Assembly: GCA_963764625.1 (NCBI GenBank)
Contig: CAVXTH010000006.1
Coordinates: 672,001 to 736,000, forward strand
DNA from: Candidatus Krumholzibacteriota bacterium
Lineage (GTDB): Bacteria > Krumholzibacteriota > Krumholzibacteriia > JAJRXK01
Direction: 5' to 3'
DNA length: 64,000 bases
Positions 25,995 to 34,356 of the stretch are shown here, piece after piece; position 1 is the stretch's first letter, and each line of letters begins with the position of its first letter. The notes under the pieces were generated by a model that had not been told where the DNA came from, did no database searches, and saw only the letters and a list, made by a program, of their open reading frames with translations. Made by a program: the position numbers and the translations under genes.

Positions 25995-28103
25995 ATGAGG
26001 CAGAAACTGAAACTCGGTCTGCTTCTGGAGATCGGACTGCTTGCATGCCTGCCCGCACTCGCATGGAGCAATTCCTTTCTGGTACTGGGGGGTCACATGT
26101 ACGGACTGACCCCGGATAAGAAACCCTGCCCCGGATTTCAGGCCATCGTCGACAGCTTGCCGCACTACGGTCCCGACGCCTACATCGCCGCGGGCGATTG
26201 CACATTCTCCGGTGCTGCTGCCGAGTGGGATAGCCTGCAAGCCACCTACGCGGGCAAGTGGAGCTTCCCCTTCGTTCCCGTCCTGGGGAATCACGACAGC
26301 GAGAACATGGTGGAGTGGTATTCGCGCTGGGGAGATGACACCTGGCGGAGCGACTACGACTCGACGCGTGTCCTCTTCCTCTGGTCATCGCAATCTCCCA
26401 ACGGAAACCCCGACCAAGAGCACTTCAATTTCATCGTGAACGAACTGGCGCAGGCCGCCAGCGATCCCAGCGTCAGCGACCTTCTGATCGTCCAACATCA
26501 CCTGGCTTGGGTGAAGACGAATCCGCGTTACGAAGTGATCCGCGAAATGGGGAACGCCTGGTACGACGAGTTCTCCACCCGTGGATACGACGTGAACGCG
26601 TTCTTCGACGAGCTCTGGCCCCACATCAAGGCGGTGGCACAGGTCAAACCGGTGACGATGTACTGCGGCGATACCGGCTACACCGATCTGGTACCGGGCA
26701 TCTTCTACGACGTGCTCGACGGAGTGACCCTGATCGCGACCGGCTATCACGCCGCAGGAGCTGCGAATAACGATGCGGTGGTGTTCTATCGATCCAGCGG
26801 AGGGAATGTCTCTCTCGAACTGTACTCACCCTGGGGCACGGTCTTCAATCCGCTGCAGAGCTACAATCTGGCGTACTGGACGGCGCAGCTCGCCGCTCCC
26901 GCAGATCCCGTTCCCACCGTCACGCCGGGTCCGCAGCCACCCTTCGTCAGCGATCTCCCTTCGGGAGTCTTCGACATGGGCGACCATGTCGACCCTCGCT
27001 ATGAAACCTACCAGGCTTCGACGGGCTATACCGTGACTCTCTCGCCCTTCGTGATGTCGGTCACCGAAATTACCGTCGCCCAGTACCTGGCTTTTTTGAA
27101 CGATACGGGTTCGAATCTCTACCAGGGATTCTCCTGCGTCGACCTCACCGATGCGCAGTGTCAGATCGAGTATTCGGCCGGAGTCTACTCGGTCAGGGAT
27201 TCGGTGGATTCACGGCTGCCCATCGTCGAGGTGAGCTGGTACGGGGCCCTCGCGTACTGCAACTGGCGCAGCCAACTCGACGGGAAGGATCCGGCCTACG
27301 ACGGCGTGAGCCCGGTGGGGGGGAGCAACGGCTGGCGGCTTCCCACCGACGCCGAGTTCGAGTACGCCATGCGCGGCGGATACGGATCGTCGCCGACCAC
27401 CCCGGGATACTCTCGCTTCTGGTGGGGGGACGATTCGCCCGATTACGTGCACGATTACGCGAACTACTACGGGACCGGGGGAGCGGACGTCTGGGGAGGC
27501 CTGGCGCCGGTGGGATCGTTTCCACCCAACCTCTTCGGACTGAGAGATATGGCGGGCAACGCTTTCGAATGGTGCGCCGACCCCTGGACCTGGTCCGGCG
27601 AACTCTCGGGGAGCGTGAACGATCCCCTCGAAAGCGGTTCGATCGGATACACCCAGTACCGCGTGATCCGCGGCGGTGGATACAACTTCGACTGGGCGGG
27701 CTGCCGCAACGGCTATCGCAGCGGCGAGCTCGCCAACGAGAGTCAGAGCTACATCGGGTTTCGCATCGCACGCTCGGGAAGCGACGTCGTCACCAGTGGT
27801 CCGGCCGTGACTCGGATTCCGGTCAGCGTCGCGCTCAATCCTGCGGTGCCCAACCCCTTCAATCCGCGCACCACGCTGCGCTTCGAGCTGCCCCCGGGCA
27901 TCCACCGCGCGGAGCTCTCCATCTACGATGCGCGAGGTCGTCTGGTGCGCCACCTGAAATCCGGTGACGGTTGGCCTTCGGACGGGCAAGTCATCTGGGA
28001 TGGAATGAACGATCGCGGAAGCGAGAGTGCCTCGGGCAGCTACTTCGCGGTTCTCAAAGCCGGGACCCAGCAGAGTTCGCAGAAGTTGAGTTTGATCCGC
28101 TGA
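25995..28103 (+). CDS. Secreted protein: variant metallophosphoesterase + FGE-sulfatase (SUMF1) domain + FlgD-Ig C-terminal domain
   Basis: Signal peptide; AAGD and LGNHD motifs; EITVAQY...VSWYGALAYCNW...RLPTDAEFEYA...GLRDMAGNAFEWC...RGG...GFR; PNPFNPRTTLRF...YDARGRLVR...WDG. Confidence 0.85.
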   Translation: MRQKLKLGLLLEIGLLACLPALAWSNSFLVLGGHMYGLTPDKKPCPGFQAIVDSLPHYGPDAYIAAGDCTFSGAAAEWDSLQATYAGKWSFPFVPVLGNHDSENMVEWYSRWGDDTWRSDYDSTRVLFLWSSQSPNGNPDQEHFNFIVNELAQAASDPSVSDLLIVQHHLAWVKTNPRYEVIREMGNAWYDEFSTRGYDVNAFFDELWPHIKAVAQVKPVTMYCGDTGYTDLVPGIFYDVLDGVTLIATGYHAAGAANNDAVVFYRSSGGNVSLELYSPWGTVFNPLQSYNLAYWTAQLAAPADPVPTVTPGPQPPFVSDLPSGVFDMGDHVDPRYETYQASTGYTVTLSPFVMSVTEITVAQYLAFLNDTGSNLYQGFSCVDLTDAQCQIEYSAGVYSVRDSVDSRLPIVEVSWYGALAYCNWRSQLDGKDPAYDGVSPVGGSNGWRLPTDAEFEYAMRGGYGSSPTTPGYSRFWWGDDSPDYVHDYANYYGTGGADVWGGLAPVGSFPPNLFGLRDMAGNAFEWCADPWTWSGELSGSVNDPLESGSIGYTQYRVIRGGGYNFDWAGCRNGYRSGELANESQSYIGFRIARSGSDVVTSGPAVTRIPVSVALNPAVPNPFNPRTTLRFELPPGIHRAELSIYDARGRLVRHLKSGDGWPSDGQVIWDGMNDRGSESASGSYFAVLKAGTQQSSQKLSLIR

Positions 28104-28121
28104 ACGATAGGGGCGCCCGCC

Positions 28122-29000
28122 TCAACGAAACGTGGTCTCCACATACTCGCTCAGGGCTTCGCGCCAACCCCGCATGGGCGGAAGTCCGATGAGCCGCGCG
28201 CGCAGTCCCTCCAGTGCTTCCGAGGAAGGTCGAAACGCGGCCAGAGGAAACTCAGCCGAGGAACAGGGCTCGACCCGGCAACGCTTGATGCCAGCGGCCT
28301 TCAAAATCACTTCCGCCATTTCGAAGCGCGTGCAGGCGCCTTCGTTCGCCCCGTGATAGGTGCCGAATCTCTCAGTCGAGAGAAGTTCGAGACAGCGCGC
28401 GGCGATATCGGCGGTATAGGTGGGAGAGCCCGTCTTGTCATTGACCGCGAGCAAAAGCTCACTCGTGCGCGCGCGTTCGATCATCTTGGCCACGAACTTC
28501 TTGTCCTCGGGTCCACCTCCGAACATCCATCCGGCCCGGACGATGTAGTGCTTGGCGACCAGCCGCCGCACCGACTCCTCACCGGCAAACTTGCTGCGGG
28601 CATACACGCTGACCGGGGCAGGAGAATCGAATTCGTGATAGGGGGTGATCTTGTCGCCGGGGAAGACGCTGCCGGTGGAGACGTAGAGCAGGCCGCAGCC
28701 ACGCTCGTGACAGAGCGTCGCCAGGCTCTCGGTGCCCATGGCGTTTACCTGCCACGCGTCCGCAGGGTTCCGCTCGCACCCGTCCACATCGGTCAACGCA
28801 GCCAGATGGAGAACCCAGTCGGGCTGAAATCGCCGGATTCCCTCGACCAGATTCTGGTACTGGGTGACGTCGAGCCGGTTTTCCGGATCCCGCTCCAGCT
28901 TGGCGATGTCGGTGGCCCAGACTTCCTGTCCCGCCGCCTCCGCCGCGGTGCGCAAGTCTCTTCCCATCATGCCCCGCGCGCCGGTGATCAGCAGCCTCAT
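28122..29000 (-). CDS. rfbD: dTDP-4-dehydrorhamnose reductase
   Basis: MRLLITGARGMMG, AALTDVDGCE, YARSK and GSPTY motifs. Confidence 0.9.
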   Translation of the reverse strand: MRLLITGARGMMGRDLRTAAEAAGQEVWATDIAKLERDPENRLDVTQYQNLVEGIRRFQPDWVLHLAALTDVDGCERNPADAWQVNAMGTESLATLCHERGCGLLYVSTGSVFPGDKITPYHEFDSPAPVSVYARSKFAGEESVRRLVAKHYIVRAGWMFGGGPEDKKFVAKMIERARTSELLLAVNDKTGSPTYTADIAARCLELLSTERFGTYHGANEGACTRFEMAEVILKAAGIKRCRVEPCSSAEFPLAAFRPSSEALEGLRARLIGLPPMRGWREALSEYVETTFR

Positions 29001-29247
29001 GGAATCCTCCCCGAAAGTGCCCGGTTTCACGCCCGGAGGCCAAGGCTAGCAGAGCCCGGGCCAGCTGGCGAGGGAGAGCTGGAGCCTGAGCCGCCGGTCC
29101 GGCGCCGTGAAGCCCGCCCTGGGGGCCTCGGGGAGGGGGCAGCGGGCAGGGGCGGTAATTTCTTATTGGAAAGGAACTTGCATGGAAAAAAGAGCGGCAT
29201 TGAGCCCCTTGGAATCCTTCAATTTTCTATGCTATACTGCGTGGGTC

Positions 29248-30360
29248 ATGCGAACCGATATCCAACAGGTACCGTTCCTGGACCTGATGGCCCAAAACGG
29301 CCCCCTTCGTGACGAGATCAACGCAGCGATGGCTCGTGTCATCGATCAGAATGCTTTCATTCTGGGTCCCTCACTGTTTTCCTTCGAGGCGGCATTCGGG
29401 GACTATTGCGAAGCTGCGCTTTGTGTGGGACTCAGCTCGGGCTGCATGGCCTTGCAGCTGATGATGCAGGCGGCGGGGATCAAAGCGGGGGACGAGGTGA
29501 TCACCGTACCCAATACTTTCGTGGCTACGGTCGAGGCAATCCTGGCGGTGGGGGCAACCCCCGTACTCAGTGATGTCGATCCTACGACCTGGCTCATGGA
29601 CGTACATGCGGTGGAAGAGAAGATCACCCCGCGCACGAAGGCAATTCTGGCCGTTCACCTCTATGGGATACCTTGCGATCTCGACGCGCTACGGGCGCTC
29701 GCACAGAAGCACGGTATCCTGCTCCTGGAGGACGCGGCTCAGGCGCACGGCGCCCGTTGGAAATCCTCTCGCATTGGCAGCAGCAGCACCGCCGCGGCCT
29801 TTTCGTTCTACCCTGGCAAGAACTTGGGTGCGATGGGCGACGGTGGCGCCGTGGTGACGGACGATCCCGATCTGGCGGAAACGGTGGCGGCTCTGCGCCA
29901 CCACGGTCAGTTCGAGAAGAACATCCATGCCCTCGCAGGAACCACCGGCAGACTCGACTCTCTGCAGGCGGCGGTCCTGGAGGTGAAGCTAGCACACCTG
30001 GACGACTGGAACGATGGGCGCCGTCGCGTGGCCAAGCGGTATCGAGAACGACTCGCCGGTACTCGGTATCGGATGCCGCAACCCACCGAGGGAGCGGAGC
30101 CTGTCTATCATCTGTTCGTAGTCAACCACCCAGAGGTGGACCGAGTGAAGGAAGTGCTGAGGGAGCACCGAATCGGCCATGGGGTACATTATCCCCTGGC
30201 GGTGCATCTGCATCCTGCTTTCTCTGGCTTGGGTCGCGAAGGGGACTTCCCGGTCGCCGAAGCGATTTGTCGTCAAATCGTCTCGCTTCCGATGTACGCG
30301 GAGCTGGATGACGACACGGTAGACTACGTCAGCGAGGTGTTGCTGAGGCTCGAGTCCTGA
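29248..30360 (+). CDS. DegT/DnrJ/EryC1/StrS family sugar aminotransferase
   Basis: VPFLDL, PNTFVAT, EDAAQAHGA, FSFYPGKNLGAMGDGG and RLDSLQAA motifs. Confidence 0.93.
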   Translation: MRTDIQQVPFLDLMAQNGPLRDEINAAMARVIDQNAFILGPSLFSFEAAFGDYCEAALCVGLSSGCMALQLMMQAAGIKAGDEVITVPNTFVATVEAILAVGATPVLSDVDPTTWLMDVHAVEEKITPRTKAILAVHLYGIPCDLDALRALAQKHGILLLEDAAQAHGARWKSSRIGSSSTAAAFSFYPGKNLGAMGDGGAVVTDDPDLAETVAALRHHGQFEKNIHALAGTTGRLDSLQAAVLEVKLAHLDDWNDGRRRVAKRYRERLAGTRYRMPQPTEGAEPVYHLFVVNHPEVDRVKEVLREHRIGHGVHYPLAVHLHPAFSGLGREGDFPVAEAICRQIVSLPMYAELDDDTVDYVSEVLLRLES

Positions 30361-30461
30361 GACGGAGGGCCGTCCCGGGATTCGAATGGAGCGTGTGAAA
30401 TCTGACACCTGGTTTGAAGGGGCCGGGTGTACGATCAGGGTCGGCCATCGATCACCGTGTA

Positions 30462-31217
30462 ATGCAGCTCAGCACAGGGACGGCTCCTCAGATGAAGAAA
30501 GACGCGACAGCTTTGAATCTCGCAACGCTGGAAAAACAGTTGGAAGCGGCCGAGGCATTCAGTCTGCGCATCGGTAGACTGGAACAGTCGCAGCTCCAAT
30601 TGGGTGTGAAGCGCGCGATGGATCTTTTGATCTCCGCCGCGATCTTGGTGGTGGGTTCCCCGCTCTTTCTCTTGATCGCCCTCGCGGTGAAAGGCACTTC
30701 TCGCGGCCCCGTGTTCTTCCGCCAGACGCGCCTCGGTATGAATGGTATCCCGTTTACTTTCTATAAGTTCCGGACGATGCGTCACAATAACGATGAATCG
30801 CTTCATCGCAGCTTCGCCCAGAGCTTCATCAACGGAAGGATGGAGAGTCGCCAAGGAAGGCGGGTCTTCAAGATGATCAGCGATCCGCGGGTCACCCGGA
30901 TCGGCACTTTTCTCAGACAGAGCAGCCTCGATGAGCTGCCTCAGTTTTGGAACATTTTCAAGGGAGAGATGAGTCTCGTTGGGCCGCGCCCGCCCATCCA
31001 CTACGAGTTGGATCACTATCAGGATTGGCACAAGGATCGCTTGAAGGCCAAGCCGGGTCTTACCGGCCTCTGGCAGGTCAGTGGCCGTAGCCGGGTACCT
31101 TTCGACGAGATGGTAATGCTGGATCTGCACTACATCACGCACTGGAGCCTCGCGCTGGACCTACGGATCATCTTCAAGACGATTCCGGTGCTCCTGAAGG
31201 GAGATGGGGCCTACTGA
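30462..31217 (+). CDS. Bacterial sugar transferase (priming phosphoglycosyl transferase, short PglC-like form)
   Basis: KRAMD, KFRTM, DPRVT, SLDELPQ, MSLVGPRP and KPGLTGLWQVSGR motifs; start uncertain (30462 or 30492). Confidence 0.9.
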   Translation: MQLSTGTAPQMKKDATALNLATLEKQLEAAEAFSLRIGRLEQSQLQLGVKRAMDLLISAAILVVGSPLFLLIALAVKGTSRGPVFFRQTRLGMNGIPFTFYKFRTMRHNNDESLHRSFAQSFINGRMESRQGRRVFKMISDPRVTRIGTFLRQSSLDELPQFWNIFKGEMSLVGPRPPIHYELDHYQDWHKDRLKAKPGLTGLWQVSGRSRVPFDEMVMLDLHYITHWSLALDLRIIFKTIPVLLKGDGAY

Positions 31218-31269
31218 GCGACCCCTAATTCCTAATGACAAAGGCCAGACCTTCAAGCGAGGACCACCA

Positions 31270-32307
31270 ATGAGCGCTCCCATTCGCGTTGGTGTGATCG
31301 GGGTTGGGTACTGGGGCCCAAACCTGGTTCGAAATTTTGCTTCTCTACCGAATACCCAGTGCGTCTGGGCGGTCGACCTGGACGAAGAGCGACTGAATCA
31401 CGTTCAGAGTCTGTACCCGTCCCTCGAAGTGAGCCGCAAGGCCTCCGACGCGATCGACGATCCCAAAGTGGATGCCATCGTGCTGGCTACGCCGGTGGAC
31501 AAGCACGAGGAGATCGCGGTCAGCGCGCTCGAACACGGAAAGCACGTCTTCGTGGAGAAGCCCATGGCGGCCACCGTGAACGAGTGTCATCGGATGATCG
31601 AGGCGGCGGAGCGGAACAAGAAAGTCCTGATGGTCGGCCACACCTTTCTCTACAACTCGGTGGTGAGACGCATTCGCCAACTGATCGAGGAGGGCGAGCT
31701 CGGCGAGATCTTCTACATCAACATGACGCGCGTGAATCTCGGGCTGTTTCGGGAAGATGTGAACGTCGTGTGGGACCTTGCCCCGCACGACATCTCCATC
31801 CTCGACTACCTGCTCGATTCGCACCCGATCAAAGTGCACGCGACGGGAAACGCCTTCGTGCAGCCTGGAATCGAAGACGTAGCGTTCGTCGATCTGGAAT
31901 ACCCGGGAAGCATCCGGGCCCATCTCCACGTGAGCTGGCTCGATCCCAACAAGATCCGCCGGGTTACGGTGGTGGGTAGCAAGAAGATGTTGGTGTACGA
32001 CGACACCTCCAATCTCGAGAAGCTGCGCGTCTACGACAAAGGTGTCACCAAGATGCCGCACTATGACAGCTTCGGCGAATTCCATTTGAGCTATCGTTAT
32101 GGAGACATCGTTCTGCCCCGCATCGACGAGGCGGAACCGCTCAAGACCGAAGCCCAGCACTTTTTGGAATGCATCCGGGAGGGAAAGAAACCCTTGAGCG
32201 ATGGGGACAATGGTCTCAAGGTGGTGGAGGTTTTGGAAGCCGCCTGTCGTTCCATTTCCGAAGGCGGCGCCGCCATCGAGCTGAATGGGGTGGGGAGCCC
32301 GAGCTGA
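31270..32307 (+). CDS. Gfo/Idh/MocA family oxidoreductase
   Basis: VIGVGYWGPNLVRN, VEKP and DLAPHD motifs; GGA SD before ATG 31270. Confidence 0.92.
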   Translation: MSAPIRVGVIGVGYWGPNLVRNFASLPNTQCVWAVDLDEERLNHVQSLYPSLEVSRKASDAIDDPKVDAIVLATPVDKHEEIAVSALEHGKHVFVEKPMAATVNECHRMIEAAERNKKVLMVGHTFLYNSVVRRIRQLIEEGELGEIFYINMTRVNLGLFREDVNVVWDLAPHDISILDYLLDSHPIKVHATGNAFVQPGIEDVAFVDLEYPGSIRAHLHVSWLDPNKIRRVTVVGSKKMLVYDDTSNLEKLRVYDKGVTKMPHYDSFGEFHLSYRYGDIVLPRIDEAEPLKTEAQHFLECIREGKKPLSDGDNGLKVVEVLEAACRSISEGGAAIELNGVGSPS

Positions 32308-33446
32308 AGTCCCCGAGCGCCAAACTCAGAGTACGATTTCTCGCGGATCGCCTGCCGGTAGGCGGCGCCGAGCGGGTCGTGCAATCCCTCTGCCTTCATC
32401 TCCCGGAGCACGGCATCGAGTCGGCTCTGACGACCTTTCGCGGGCTTGGCGAAATTGGGGAGGAGATCGCGGCCGGCGGCATCCCGGTTCAGGGTGAATT
32501 TCTTCCGCATCCCAAGTCTCCCACCGCACTTCCGCGACTCATTCGCCATCTGAGCCGAGAAGCTCCCGATCTACTCTACGTTCTCGATCACGGCAACGCG
32601 CTGTTCTTGGGCCGGCTCGCGGCGCGGCTGGCCGGAGTGCGGCGCCAGGTGTGCGCGGTGCACCGCACGAGGAGGGCCGACGCGAGTCCCAGCCTCGGCT
32701 TCTTGGATCGTCTGCTGATGCCGCTCTCGGACGCGGTGATCGCGGTCAGCCGGGGCCAGGCCGAGTACCTCAGACGGGACATCGGCATCGATCCCACGCG
32801 GCTGGTCGTCATCCACAACGGCATCGACACCTCCCGCTTCTCGGCTCCACTGCGGGGAGAGGAGAGAGAATCACACCGGCGCGCGCTCGGGCTGCCGCCC
32901 AAGGCCCCGCTCGCGGTGATCGTGGCCGGTCTGCGTCCGGAAAAACACCACGAGTTGATCCTGGAAGCTGTGCAGCGCACCCGTCACGAGCCTCGTCCTC
33001 ATTTGGCGATCGTGGGCACAGGACCGCGCGAAGCAGCGATTCGGGAGCTTTCGGTGAAGCTTGGTCTCCAAGAGCGCGTGCACTGGCTGGGATTGCGTGG
33101 CGACGTTCCCGCGATTCTCCGCGTCGCCGATCTCCTGGTTCTCTCGTCTCATCCGGTCGTCGAAACCTTTCCGCTTTGTGTCCTGGAGGGAATGGCGGCG
33201 CAGCTGCCCGTAATTTCCACCCGAGTGGGCTCGATCGAGGAGATGGTGGTCGAGGGCGAGACCGGACTTCTCGTCCCGCCCTCCGACGCGCGCACCTTCG
33301 CCACCGCGATCGACCTTCTGCTTCGCGATCACTACAAAGCGCAAGACATGGGAGAGGCGGGACGGGCCCATGTATTGCGGAACTTCGATCAGAAGACCAT
33401 GGTAGAGGCTACGGCACGCTTGCTTCGCCGGCTCGCGGCGAAGTAA
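32304..33446 (+). CDS. Glycosyltransferase family 4 (start uncertain; possibly CTG)
   Basis: GGAER, IHNGID, LRPEKHH and ETFPLCVLEGMA motifs. Confidence 0.85.
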   Translation: MKSPSAKLRVRFLADRLPVGGAERVVQSLCLHLPEHGIESALTTFRGLGEIGEEIAAGGIPVQGEFLPHPKSPTALPRLIRHLSREAPDLLYVLDHGNALFLGRLAARLAGVRRQVCAVHRTRRADASPSLGFLDRLLMPLSDAVIAVSRGQAEYLRRDIGIDPTRLVVIHNGIDTSRFSAPLRGEERESHRRALGLPPKAPLAVIVAGLRPEKHHELILEAVQRTRHEPRPHLAIVGTGPREAAIRELSVKLGLQERVHWLGLRGDVPAILRVADLLVLSSHPVVETFPLCVLEGMAAQLPVISTRVGSIEEMVVEGETGLLVPPSDARTFATAIDLLLRDHYKAQDMGEAGRAHVLRNFDQKTMVEATARLLRRLAAK

Positions 33447-33468
33447 AAGCGGCAGAGGAGGACCGAGA

Positions 33469-34353
33469 GTGGGAGATTCCTCTCTCACAAACTACCTGGA
33501 ACAGTTTGCGCGCCGCCTCCGACCCAGGCTCATCGCCGCCGTCGAAGCTCGGGAACACGCGCACACTCCAAGCTTGAAAGAAGCCCTGGGTTACACTCTC
33601 CTGGCGCCGGGCAAACGAATCCGTCCGGCCGTGATCGATCTGTGGTCCCGCTGTGCTTCAGGAGCTGACGCGAGTCTCGTCCTCGATGCCGCGACGGCGG
33701 TCGAATTGATCCACAGTTCTTCTCTCATCCTCGATGACCTTCCGAGCATGGACGACGCGCGCACGCGACGCGGACTTCCGTGTTGCCATCTGGTGTACGG
33801 GCTCGACACCGCCATCCTGGTGGCGACCGCCAACCTGGCCCGGGCCTTCGAGCTTCTGGGCGAGGTCGATTCCAAGACCAAAGGACGCAGACTCACTTCT
33901 CTCTTCGCCAAGGCGGTGGGGGTGGGCGGAATGATCGGGGGACAGCACGTCGACCTGCATCTCGAGCCGGAAAAGCGGACCCTCGATACTCTCGAATACA
34001 TCCACCGCCACAAGACGGGAGAACTCTTCGGCGCCTGCGCGCGGGCCGGGGTGCGGCTGGCTCTTGCCGATGAGCGCCTGGAGCTGATCGCGGCCAACTA
34101 CGCGCGCAACCTGGGCCTCGCGTTCCAGATCAAAGACGACCTTCTGGATGCCTACGGTCATTCGCAGGAGATGGGAAAGGATGCCCGCAAAGATCGGGGC
34201 AAAGCCACTTTCGTCAGCACCCTGGGCGCGGAAGCCAGCGAGGAGATCATGAACCAACTCCTGGACACCGCGCGCGAGAGCTTGCATCACCTCGATGGCG
34301 CCGATCCGCTGCTCCTCGAACTCTGCACCTTCGTGCAGACGCGCAGGAACTAG
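33469..34353 (+). CDS. Polyprenyl synthetase, CrtE/GGPP-synthase-like
   Basis: GKRIRP, FARM HSSSLILDDLPSMDD...RRG, GMIGGQ, KTG and SARM FQIKDDLLD. Confidence 0.9.
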   Translation: MGDSSLTNYLEQFARRLRPRLIAAVEAREHAHTPSLKEALGYTLLAPGKRIRPAVIDLWSRCASGADASLVLDAATAVELIHSSSLILDDLPSMDDARTRRGLPCCHLVYGLDTAILVATANLARAFELLGEVDSKTKGRRLTSLFAKAVGVGGMIGGQHVDLHLEPEKRTLDTLEYIHRHKTGELFGACARAGVRLALADERLELIAANYARNLGLAFQIKDDLLDAYGHSQEMGKDARKDRGKATFVSTLGAEASEEIMNQLLDTARESLHHLDGADPLLLELCTFVQTRRN

Positions 34354-34356
34354 GCG

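Noticed and set aside
27540-27780. FGE/CLec-fold C-terminus as a diversity-generating retroelement target
   Set aside because: No reverse transcriptase and no template-repeat copy were seen in the window.
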